Made by a program: the position numbers and the translations under genes
Shown here: one piece after another, positions 8,749 to 16,306 of the stretch
How the letters are laid out: every line of letters begins with the position of its first letter
Position numbering within the stretch: the first letter of the stretch is position 1
IMG/VR virus record: IMGVR_UViG_3300050821_011122
Length of the DNA stretch: 20,000 nt
Reading direction: 5' to 3' (one strand)
From: an uncultured virus (IMG/VR IMGVR_UViG_3300050821_011122)
Taxonomy: Duplodnaviria; Heunggongvirae; Uroviricota; Caudoviricetes
The notes under the pieces: model-generated
Seen by the model: only the letters and a program-made list of their open reading frames with translations
Database searches by the model: none
What the model was told of the DNA's origin: nothing

Positions 8749-11700
8749 CCAAGCGCTTATTCCTAACCGCGCTGCTGTGCGGGCTGTGCCATGGGCAGGT
8801 GTCCGGCGGCGCCGTGTTTAACGGCCAAGTATCCTTCCGTTTAACCAACGGCGCCCCGCAAGTTCCGGCGCTGCCCATGTTCTGGGTGGACAACAACGAG
8901 GGGCTATGCGTCGTCTCAGCTACCTGCTACCCGGGATCCCCGGCCCTGACAGTACCCTACGTAACACCCGCCTACGCCCTCACTCTTACCCCCGGCGGCG
9001 GCGCCTGGTCCCCGAGCCAGCCGGCCTGCGTGCTGCACGCCGGGGCCTACGCCGACTCCGCTCAGGGGCTGCAGTACGCCTGGAACGACCAGGACTACTG
9101 CGACACGAACTTCGGCGTGGGGTTCATAGTCAAGGTTCCCACGCCCGCCACCTCTGAAACGGCGACGGGATGCCCGGCGGGCTGGTACTGCTTCAGCAAG
9201 GCGGTAAACAACTACGGCGGCGTGATACCCAATTCCAGGTCGTCGCTCTCTGTCATTCCCAAGATAACGGAGTCGGTGTACGACTCAACTCTAGCGGCCA
9301 TGCCGCAGCCCGTATGCGCCGGGGGCGTAGAGGATAACGTCGCATCGGCCACCCAGCCCGGCCTCAACAACCCGGACTGCACCGGCAGGAATATGTACTA
9401 CCAGGCCGGGCCGCAGAACGACCAGGGCGTGATTTCCGGAATCGTCACGGTATCGGTCAGCACGACGGGCTGGGGTTCGGTCATCTCGACGGGCACGCAA
9501 TTCCTTCCCCTCAGGAACGGCTACGTGTCGGCCACGCTGGCCCCCACCACCACGGCCTCGAATAACGGCTGCGCCAGCGGCTACCTATCCGTCGATAGCG
9601 GCATTAATCAGGAGTGCGTGCGGTCCATTGCGCCCACGCCCGGGACGGCGTCCAACCAGGGCGGGCTGTACGGCAACTTCACCAAGACGCACACCTACCC
9701 ATTCCCCGTTACCTACACGCCCGACTCCGGCGCGGGCTCGGGCACCTTCGCCCTGGCTAATGGTATCGCCACCAGCATTTCGGCTTACAACTACCTGCAG
9801 TACATGCCGCAAATCGGGATCAACTTCGCGGGCGGCTTGCCGTTGCAGCTGTGCACCGCTAGCGCCATCACGGGCGGCAGCGTCAACGTTAATTGCGCCA
9901 CCAACCAGGGCCCGTCCAACTGGACCTTTGCGGATCTCGCGGTAGCCTTGTGCCCTGGCCCGGTCAGCGGCTGCGCGGGGGCCAGCAACAACCAAAACCT
10001 TGTGGCGACCGGCAACGGCGTGACCGCCCAAGCCGTATCCTCGTGCGTTACCGCGCCGTTCGCCGCGTATTGCTACACCCAGTACGCCCATGACATCCAC
10101 TTCCGCCGCATCTGGGCACATGGCGATTGGACAAGTTTGTACGCCGGAACGAACGCGGTGGCGGACGGCTTTAATCTCAGCGGCTGTTATTACTGTTCAG
10201 TCATCGACTATCAAGTCAGCCAAGCCCTGCGCCCCGGCGAGGAGGGCCACTGCGTACTGAACCAGGGGAATACCACCAAGATCAGCAACGGATGGTGCGA
10301 GGGAATGTCCAGCGGAGTATTGCAGGGTGGCGTCATCATCGCACCGGCATGGCTCGCATACAACTCCGGGAGCGATCTGCAGCTCACGCGCTATCGGGGG
10401 ACGTTTCCTTATTCTTGGCTGGGCTGGCAGTGCTCGAACAACCCCAGCTCGACGCCGACGAACAACAACAACGGCTGCTACAACATCCCCGGGACGAATG
10501 CCTACTGGGGCGGGGCGGGCGACAACTATGCCGCTCTTACCTGCGGCCAGCCGGGCGTGACGTGCGTAAATATCGCGAGCGGGGGAACCGCGGTGACCTA
10601 CGTCAGTGGCCCGCCATTCCATGATGCTAATTCGTTCTGGAGCGTCGGACACCAAAAGGTCTTGGTCAACGGCAGCGACGTCAACATTGGGTCGCTCGGT
10701 CCAGGAACCTGCTCTTGGCCTTTGGGAACGGGCTGCCCGACGACCATGACTCTGCAAACCGCCGCGACGGGATGTTCCTCGGGCTGCACCAACGCCACGT
10801 TCGTATTTAATGGAAATTCTTTAGTCCGCAAGAATGCGGCTGAGTTGAAGCAGGGTCAGCGGATACTTATCGCTGGCGCCATCCTGGAGAACGTGGACAA
10901 CAGCGGCGGCCAAAACGGAATCGGCTTCGCCAACGCAGTCAGGAGCATTTCCGGAGTTCCCACCGGCGCGGCCTACAACACCATCATGTCGGACATCACC
11001 GTCCAGGGAATCATCATGCGTAATCTTTGCGATGGATTCACCGACAGCGGCGGGCGATCGGCCAACTCCACCAGCGGCGACGGCGTGTCCTACGCGCAGG
11101 CCAGGTTTAGCTATGTGGACGCGCTCGGTTACAATATATCGCTGACTAATCCAGGTTGTGGCGGCAGCAGCTATGCCATGACGCAGGCCTCAGCGGGCCA
11201 GTTCTGGAACGTCACCGCTCAGGAGAATACGGCGGGAACCGCGGTAGCACTGACTGCAATTGCTTCGGTGGACGCCGGGCAGAACGTTGTACAGGCCACC
11301 CCTTCCGGGGCTAATACAGTCTATTTAACTACCGGCTCAACTGCGGCGCTCAACGCCATACTGTGCGGGTCGCCCAGCGGCGCGTATGTGTTCGTGTTCG
11401 GGTTCGTCAACGCCGGTAACAACTCCCCAGCCGCGGGTTTCCAGTGCGTATCCTCCACCAATACGTCGCCGCTGACCATAACCCTGGCCAATTCCGGAGG
11501 CGTGGCCGAGGGGCCGATAGCCACCCCAGCCATCAACAACGCCAACCCAATCTTGAACAACACCTCCGGGATTTGCTCTGGCGCGGTGGTCTCCGTCACC
11601 TGCCCCGCCGTGGGTTTCCAGGTCCTCGACATGCTGCCTAGTGACCCCGCGGCGCTGCTCGGCGTCTCCAGTTACGCGCCCACGATTTCCGGCGCTGCCT

Positions 11701-12620
11701 GCGCGACATTCGCAATGCCCAACCAGACGGTTGGCGGAAACATCATTCCCGCTGGTGTCGGGCCTTTGCTTTCTTCCGGTACTACCCCGTGGACTGGAAC
11801 CTGGAACACGGGAAATGTGACGATCACCTATCCATGGGTTGCAACCCCGCTGGCTTCTGATCCAAGCGGCTATTGCGTTCTATCCAACACCCAGGGTAGC
11901 CCAGCGCACGTCACCCACAACCATGAAACCCTGATCACTACAGCCCTTGAGACCATCGGAAACGGCCCAGCCCCGACCCCTCACGGGCCTCCGTTCATCA
12001 CCGGCTTTAATCTGAGCAATAGCATCATCGGGAACAAGGGCAATGCTTACACCCTGGCCGATGGTTCCACCACGACGCCCCTCAACACCGGCAGCCCCAC
12101 GGCCCTGTACAACTCGTCCACCAACCTGCCGCACGAGGGCCAGAGCACGGAGTCCTTCAACTACGACGTCACCACCATGTCCTTGTTCGACGACGTGTGG
12201 CCGGGGCGGGCGGCGCAGTTCACGCAGTCGAGCGCCGGGTGCTACGTGGAGTACGGCAACAACCCGCTCCACCCGGACCCCGGCGGTTGCACGGGCGCGG
12301 GGTGCGCTCCGACCGGCGGCTGCACGGGCAGCGGCGGGACGCTCCCGACCATGAGCTTCCCGGCGGCGCTGCACTGCTCCGGGGCCACGGCCACCAGCGC
12401 GTGCGTGGGCTTTGCGGCGGCCATGAGCGCGGCCAGCACGCCGCTCACCATGGCCGACTACCACGGCTGGACGCTGGTCGGCACCAGCTCGTTCCACAAC
12501 GCGGCCTCGGACGGCACGGACGTGGGGGCCAGGATCGCCAACATCGACTCCGCGCTGACCAACAACCTGTACGTGTGCGGCACGCCCTGCGGGGCGCCCG
12601 GGCCGTTCCCGGACCACTAG
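8745..12620 (+). CDS. Large signal-peptide-bearing, Cys-rich protein, probably a right-handed beta-helix (pectin-lyase-like / depolymerase tailspike), 1291 aa
   Basis: MTKRLFLTALLCGLCHG|Q signal; beta-helix-like rungs (HDIHFRRIWAHG, KISNGWCEG, RKNAAELKQGQRILIAGAILEN, SDITVQGIIMRN); C-terminal SSFHNAASDGTDVGARI motif resembling the ends of secreted beta-helix proteins. Confidence 0.6.
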   Translation: MTKRLFLTALLCGLCHGQVSGGAVFNGQVSFRLTNGAPQVPALPMFWVDNNEGLCVVSATCYPGSPALTVPYVTPAYALTLTPGGGAWSPSQPACVLHAGAYADSAQGLQYAWNDQDYCDTNFGVGFIVKVPTPATSETATGCPAGWYCFSKAVNNYGGVIPNSRSSLSVIPKITESVYDSTLAAMPQPVCAGGVEDNVASATQPGLNNPDCTGRNMYYQAGPQNDQGVISGIVTVSVSTTGWGSVISTGTQFLPLRNGYVSATLAPTTTASNNGCASGYLSVDSGINQECVRSIAPTPGTASNQGGLYGNFTKTHTYPFPVTYTPDSGAGSGTFALANGIATSISAYNYLQYMPQIGINFAGGLPLQLCTASAITGGSVNVNCATNQGPSNWTFADLAVALCPGPVSGCAGASNNQNLVATGNGVTAQAVSSCVTAPFAAYCYTQYAHDIHFRRIWAHGDWTSLYAGTNAVADGFNLSGCYYCSVIDYQVSQALRPGEEGHCVLNQGNTTKISNGWCEGMSSGVLQGGVIIAPAWLAYNSGSDLQLTRYRGTFPYSWLGWQCSNNPSSTPTNNNNGCYNIPGTNAYWGGAGDNYAALTCGQPGVTCVNIASGGTAVTYVSGPPFHDANSFWSVGHQKVLVNGSDVNIGSLGPGTCSWPLGTGCPTTMTLQTAATGCSSGCTNATFVFNGNSLVRKNAAELKQGQRILIAGAILENVDNSGGQNGIGFANAVRSISGVPTGAAYNTIMSDITVQGIIMRNLCDGFTDSGGRSANSTSGDGVSYAQARFSYVDALGYNISLTNPGCGGSSYAMTQASAGQFWNVTAQENTAGTAVALTAIASVDAGQNVVQATPSGANTVYLTTGSTAALNAILCGSPSGAYVFVFGFVNAGNNSPAAGFQCVSSTNTSPLTITLANSGGVAEGPIATPAINNANPILNNTSGICSGAVVSVTCPAVGFQVLDMLPSDPAALLGVSSYAPTISGAACATFAMPNQTVGGNIIPAGVGPLLSSGTTPWTGTWNTGNVTITYPWVATPLASDPSGYCVLSNTQGSPAHVTHNHETLITTALETIGNGPAPTPHGPPFITGFNLSNSIIGNKGNAYTLADGSTTTPLNTGSPTALYNSSTNLPHEGQSTESFNYDVTTMSLFDDVWPGRAAQFTQSSAGCYVEYGNNPLHPDPGGCTGAGCAPTGGCTGSGGTLPTMSFPAALHCSGATATSACVGFAAAMSAASTPLTMADYHGWTLVGTSSFHNAASDGTDVGARIANIDSALTNNLYVCGTPCGAPGPFPDH

Positions 12621-12636
12621 AAAAAAGGGGGATTAA

Positions 12637-12987
12637 ATGGAACCGAACATCGTATTCAGCCAGCTAACCGGGGGCGCCGCGTGCGCCTACCTGCTGCTGC
12701 TGCTGCAAAAGTGGAGCAAGCTGCCGTGGATCACGGCGCACACCACGTGGATCAACTTCATGGTCCGCGTCGTCTTCTCGCTGGCCACCAACCTGGGCAT
12801 CCAGGCCGTGTGGGCCAGCAACGTCAGCACGCCCGGCGGCCACGTGCTTACCGTGACGGTGCCGCCCGCCGTCGAGATCCTGCACTTCGCCTGGGTGTGG
12901 TTCGGGCAGTACGCCATGCAACACGGGTGGCTCAACCTGTTCACCATGAGGCCGGTGACGCCGCCGCTGGTGGCGGAGAGCAAGTAG
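12637..12987 (+). CDS. Small membrane protein, holin candidate (116 aa)
   Basis: Purine-rich RBS (AAAAAAGGGGG) upstream; 2-3 hydrophobic segments; first gene after the tail module. Confidence 0.5.
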   Translation: MEPNIVFSQLTGGAACAYLLLLLQKWSKLPWITAHTTWINFMVRVVFSLATNLGIQAVWASNVSTPGGHVLTVTVPPAVEILHFAWVWFGQYAMQHGWLNLFTMRPVTPPLVAESK

Positions 12988-13223
12988 TGACGGAAGCGGT
13001 GGAGATTGCGCTGATTGTAGCAACGCCCCCCACCTTGGCTGCTACCGCGGCACTGGTCATGGCTGTTCGAGCGGTGCATAAGATTCAAGAGGTGCATATA
13101 GGCATCAACTCTCGCATGGACCAACTGGTGGCGGCGTCTAAGGCCCAAGGGCGGCAGGATGAACGCGACTCTCATAGCATCACAGTGCAGGGCTTCCCGG
13201 AGAGGCCGGATGCGGGAGAATAG
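12987..13223 (+). CDS. Small single-TM protein, holin/antiholin candidate (78 aa, GTG start)
   Basis: TAGTG overlap at 12985-12989 with GGAG upstream; MTEAVEIALIVATPPTLAATAALVMAV hydrophobic N-terminus followed by VH..INSRMDQLV. Confidence 0.55.
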   Translation: MTEAVEIALIVATPPTLAATAALVMAVRAVHKIQEVHIGINSRMDQLVAASKAQGRQDERDSHSITVQGFPERPDAGE

Positions 13224-13226
13224 CGT

Positions 13227-13403
13227 GTGTCCCGGAAGTACAACCCGCCGCTCAGGGTGCGCCCGCAGCCTACGACGCGGGCCGGGTACTTGGAGGAGAT
13301 CTTCGACCTGCAGCAACTGCGCCCCGGCCAGCCGGAGTTCATGCAATGGTGGATTGACAGGCGCATTACAGAACTGCAAAAGAAGTTGGAGGAACTGAAA
13401 TGA
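13227..13403 (+). CDS. Hypothetical 58-aa protein (not in ORF track)
   Basis: GTG at 13227 preceded by GGGAG; MSRKYNPPLRVRPQPTTRAGYLEEIFDLQQLRPGQPEFMQWWIDRRITELQKKLEELK; stop overlaps next ATG (ATGA 13400-13403); exactly fills the gap. Confidence 0.7.
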   Translation: MSRKYNPPLRVRPQPTTRAGYLEEIFDLQQLRPGQPEFMQWWIDRRITELQKKLEELK

Positions 13404-14104
13404 TTACCGATAGCGGACTAGAGTTCAACAAGCAGTGGTATGCGATAGCCAATGCCGGCATCGGTGGGCCAAAGCCATACATGGCGCCAACCCTGTTCAC
13501 GGTCACGGACGGCACGGTAAGCAAGTCGGGAGCCTTGGAAGTCGCCATTGCCGGGAGTTCCTACACGGACATGATGGCGGCAACCCACCGTCCGCTGATG
13601 CCCGTGTTCGATCCGAGCCGCATTTACTACTCGTTCTCGTACAACATAAACCTCGATCCGAACGCCCCAACTCAGGGCCAGGCTCTGGAGAGCGAGGCCG
13701 TTCCCACGTGGACCGACAAAAACGGGATCTCGTGGCAGTTACCGGGATACTTCCAGATAAACATCGAAGAGAAAGGCATGGTGCAGGGCTTCACGACCGC
13801 GGAGCCTTGGCTCGACAGCGACAACAGGGTGCAAATTCCGACTCCGGGGACGCCGTACCCGGTCAAGATCAGCTACATGTGGAACCAAGTGGCTAACACC
13901 ATATCGCTTCCCGGCTTCAAGGCCAATGGCGTCAAGTACGCGATGCCGGCCGCCTTCCAGAACGTTCCGGCGTTGGCGAAGAACACCGTGCCCAACGTGG
14001 ACACGTGGCAGCAGGGAATGTACGTCCAGCTACAAAGCGACCTCGCTTCCAAGGGCGGGTCGATGACGAACAAGTATACGGGCATTGAGCTAAACTGGGA
14101 GTGA
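13400..14104 (+). CDS. Hypothetical beta-rich protein, possibly ConA-like jelly-roll (234 aa)
   Basis: GGAGG RBS; alternating beta-strand pattern rich in W/Y; QALESE and QLQSD acidic motifs; no signal peptide, no Cys. The fold is a guess. Confidence 0.55.
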   Translation: MITDSGLEFNKQWYAIANAGIGGPKPYMAPTLFTVTDGTVSKSGALEVAIAGSSYTDMMAATHRPLMPVFDPSRIYYSFSYNINLDPNAPTQGQALESEAVPTWTDKNGISWQLPGYFQINIEEKGMVQGFTTAEPWLDSDNRVQIPTPGTPYPVKISYMWNQVANTISLPGFKANGVKYAMPAAFQNVPALAKNTVPNVDTWQQGMYVQLQSDLASKGGSMTNKYTGIELNWE

Positions 14105-14108
14105 ACGC

Positions 14109-14534
14109 ATGCTGACCTACGAGCAGAACACTGGCCAGCTGTACGACGCGGGCATGAATCCTTTGGGCGCGCCCGGCTACAGCGGCCACCCGCCGCACGT
14201 GAACGACCCGGCGGCGCAGGGCATGGTGGACGTGGGGCCCATTCCCGCGGGCCTGTGGAACATGGTCAGTATGGTCACCGAGGGCGCCGCGCAAGGGCCG
14301 TACGTGATCGTGCTGCGCCCGGCCAGCGGGGAGTTCCGCGCGGCCATACTGGCCATGGGGCGCAACCCGGACACTTTCCTGTGCCACGGGGACCTGGTAG
14401 AAAGCCCGGGCGCCGAGCTGGCCAGCGACGGCTGCATCATACAGCCGCGCATGGTCAGGATAGAGATGTACAACGAGCCCGACAAGCAGCTAAACGTGGT
14501 ACCAACCGTCACAATACAAGGAGCTACAATATGA
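14109..14534 (+). CDS. Tlde1 / DUF2778 (L,D-transpeptidase fold) peptidoglycan enzyme, probable endolysin
   Basis: TY.Q.TG.L, GYSG, N.P..Q....VGPIP.G.W, GP..I.L.P, GR..F..HGD......ASDGCII with catalytic His and Cys; GGGAG RBS. Confidence 0.85.
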   Translation: MLTYEQNTGQLYDAGMNPLGAPGYSGHPPHVNDPAAQGMVDVGPIPAGLWNMVSMVTEGAAQGPYVIVLRPASGEFRAAILAMGRNPDTFLCHGDLVESPGAELASDGCIIQPRMVRIEMYNEPDKQLNVVPTVTIQGATI

Positions 14535-15112
14535 AATTCAACAAGCAAGTGTTCTGGAAGCTAATCGGCGTCTTCGCGATCCTGGATTTGATCATTCTAA
14601 CGACCGGGTGCGCGGACTGGGAATCACAAGCCTCAAGCATCATCACGTTATTGGGACCGGCCATTCAGGCGGCCATCGCAATCCTCGCCGCCTTCGGCGT
14701 GGGCGTCAGCGCCACGGTGCAGGAGCAGTTCGCCGCGTGGTCGGCGCAGGCCCAGACAGACCTAGTCACCATCAAGGGGCTTATCAGCCAGTACCAGGCC
14801 GCCGCGGCCAGCGCCCAGCCCGGCATCTTAAACGAGATCATCGCCGTGGTGGGCACCACCAACACGAACCTGAGCAGCATCCTGACGGCGCTGCACGTGA
14901 CGGACGCCACCACGCAGGCGCGGATTGCGGCGGTGTTCGCCGCAATCACGGGCATGCTGACGGCCATCGTCAACCTGGTCCCGGCGGTGCAGGGTCAGGT
15001 AAGCACGGAACGGCGCCTGGAGCTGTACAAGCTGTTCAAGAGCAAGGCCAGCCAGTTCAAGTCCACGTTCAACGCGGCGGCGGGCGTGTTCGGCAAGCAG
15101 TACCAAATATAG
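14531..15112 (+). CDS. Predicted alpha-helical lipoprotein, spanin candidate (193 aa)
   Basis: AAGGAG RBS and ATGA overlap; MKFNKQVFWKLIGVFAILDLIILTTG|C27 lipobox-like signal; Ala-rich helices with two further hydrophobic segments; directly follows the endolysin candidate. Confidence 0.55.
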   Translation: MKFNKQVFWKLIGVFAILDLIILTTGCADWESQASSIITLLGPAIQAAIAILAAFGVGVSATVQEQFAAWSAQAQTDLVTIKGLISQYQAAAASAQPGILNEIIAVVGTTNTNLSSILTALHVTDATTQARIAAVFAAITGMLTAIVNLVPAVQGQVSTERRLELYKLFKSKASQFKSTFNAAAGVFGKQYQI

Positions 15113-15153
15113 AGCTTGTCCCCGGCTTATCGGGGGAGGGCCGGGCAAGGAGA

Positions 15154-15181
15154 ACGGGACCAACTTACATGTTGGTCCCGT
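15154..15181. terminator. Perfect 11-bp hairpin between convergent operons, probable bidirectional terminator
   Basis: ACGGGACCAAC-ttacat-GTTGGTCCCGT; pyrimidine-rich tails on both strands but no clean U-run; a second GC-rich imperfect hairpin lies at about 15115-15149. Confidence 0.6.
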
Positions 15182-15227
15182 CTCTATCTCATCCTCTTCA
15201 TCGACTCCGCCGCCGTAGTGCCTTTAC

Positions 15228-15872
15228 TCATCTTTTGGCCTCCCCCCTGCCTCTGGGTCCAGAAACCATGCTCTTGTATGCCGCTAGGATGGGTTTAATC
15301 TCCGGCGGATGGTACCCGGGGCCCTTGCTGATCTTGCCCCCATACTTCAGACCGGCGTCCAAGGGGGTAGACACCAGCTCTTTCGACATGTTCGACTTGT
15401 GGACTTCTGAGAAAATCTGGTGGTAGGGGAAGTCAAACACGCAACTGACTGCGTAAGCGGATCTAAATAGCCCGATGGTGGCCTCCATCAACCGCTGCGG
15501 CTCATCTTGGTGGATGGCACACGCTAAGTTCCCGAGTTCCGACACAGCGTGGAAAATTCCCCTGCGCCGGGCCCAGAGGTTGACGACTGTTTGCCGTTCC
15601 TCAACCTTCGGTTCTGTCCAAATATCGTCAAGACCAAGTCCGCAGGTGACTGATGTCCCAGCCAGCACGTAGCCGAGGTCAGCCGCCGCGTCCGCGATCA
15701 AAACCACATTCAGCGGCTTCTCGTTAAGGGCCTCGGCCAGCTCGCCAAGTTCCTCTGCGATTAACCTTAATCTTAGCAGCCTGACAGCTGCACTCGGGCT
15801 GCCATGCTCAGTAAAGATCCAGTGCTGGAATTTTTCGTGAAACTCAAGAACCATCTCCTCGTAGCCGATCAT
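15228..15872 (-). CDS. MazG-like all-alpha NTP pyrophosphohydrolase (DR2231/PRA-PH-like)
   Basis: V.EFH.KF, LRL.LI.EELGEL..A, IADA.ADL.YV, EVH.SNMSK, GK..KGP.Y.PP motifs. Confidence 0.88.
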   Translation of the reverse strand: MIGYEEMVLEFHEKFQHWIFTEHGSPSAAVRLLRLRLIAEELGELAEALNEKPLNVVLIADAAADLGYVLAGTSVTCGLGLDDIWTEPKVEERQTVVNLWARRRGIFHAVSELGNLACAIHQDEPQRLMEATIGLFRSAYAVSCVFDFPYHQIFSEVHKSNMSKELVSTPLDAGLKYGGKISKGPGYHPPEIKPILAAYKSMVSGPRGRGEAKR

Positions 15873-16306
15873 AGTCGATCCTCTTTCATGTGCAGTTTCA
15901 ATACCCTTAACAGGGTTTCAAAGTCCTTTAGATTCGAGCAGTGCTTCGTCAGGTCGAGCAGCAGGTTCTCTCGGCAGGCGCTAGCCACTGAAACCCCGGA
16001 GTTGACGTAGGTCCACCACTGCTCGCTGTCAGTCAGGAAAATGATGTAATAAGATCTTCCGTGCAAATCCAATAATCCCATGGTCCTGGACTGTGGCTTT
16101 CCGAAGTCGACGATCTTGCGAAGATCGAATAACTTAGGCCTTTTGAATTTAACCAGTTTGACCTCAACCCACTGTGTCAAGCCGCCAGAGGTGACTGAAA
16201 AGTCAGGCACTCCAATTGTAGATAAGTCAGAGTGCTTGATGATTAGACCACGCAGTTTCTCTCGCAAGAAACTCAGCAGTTGAGATGTTACCTGAGCCTC
16301 ATTCAT
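15869..16306 (-). CDS. VRR-NUC-like PD-(D/E)xK nuclease / resolvase
   Basis: M.E......L, GVPD......G...WVEVK and a downstream Q motif; adjacent to DNA polymerase. Confidence 0.75.
   Translation of the reverse strand: MNEAQVTSQLLSFLREKLRGLIIKHSDLSTIGVPDFSVTSGGLTQWVEVKLVKFKRPKLFDLRKIVDFGKPQSRTMGLLDLHGRSYYIIFLTDSEQWWTYVNSGVSVASACRENLLLDLTKHCSNLKDFETLLRVLKLHMKEDRL

Noticed and set aside
12620..12636. A6G5 run as a frameshift or phase-variation site
   Set aside because: Intergenic and positioned as the ribosome-binding site for the ATG at 12637.
1..15112. Bacterial contractile injection system or tailocin rather than phage
   Set aside because: It is directly joined to phage-type PolA and nucleotide metabolism genes, and the baseplate set (Gp138, DUF2612) is phage-like. 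Capsid genes are outside the window, so this is not formally excluded.
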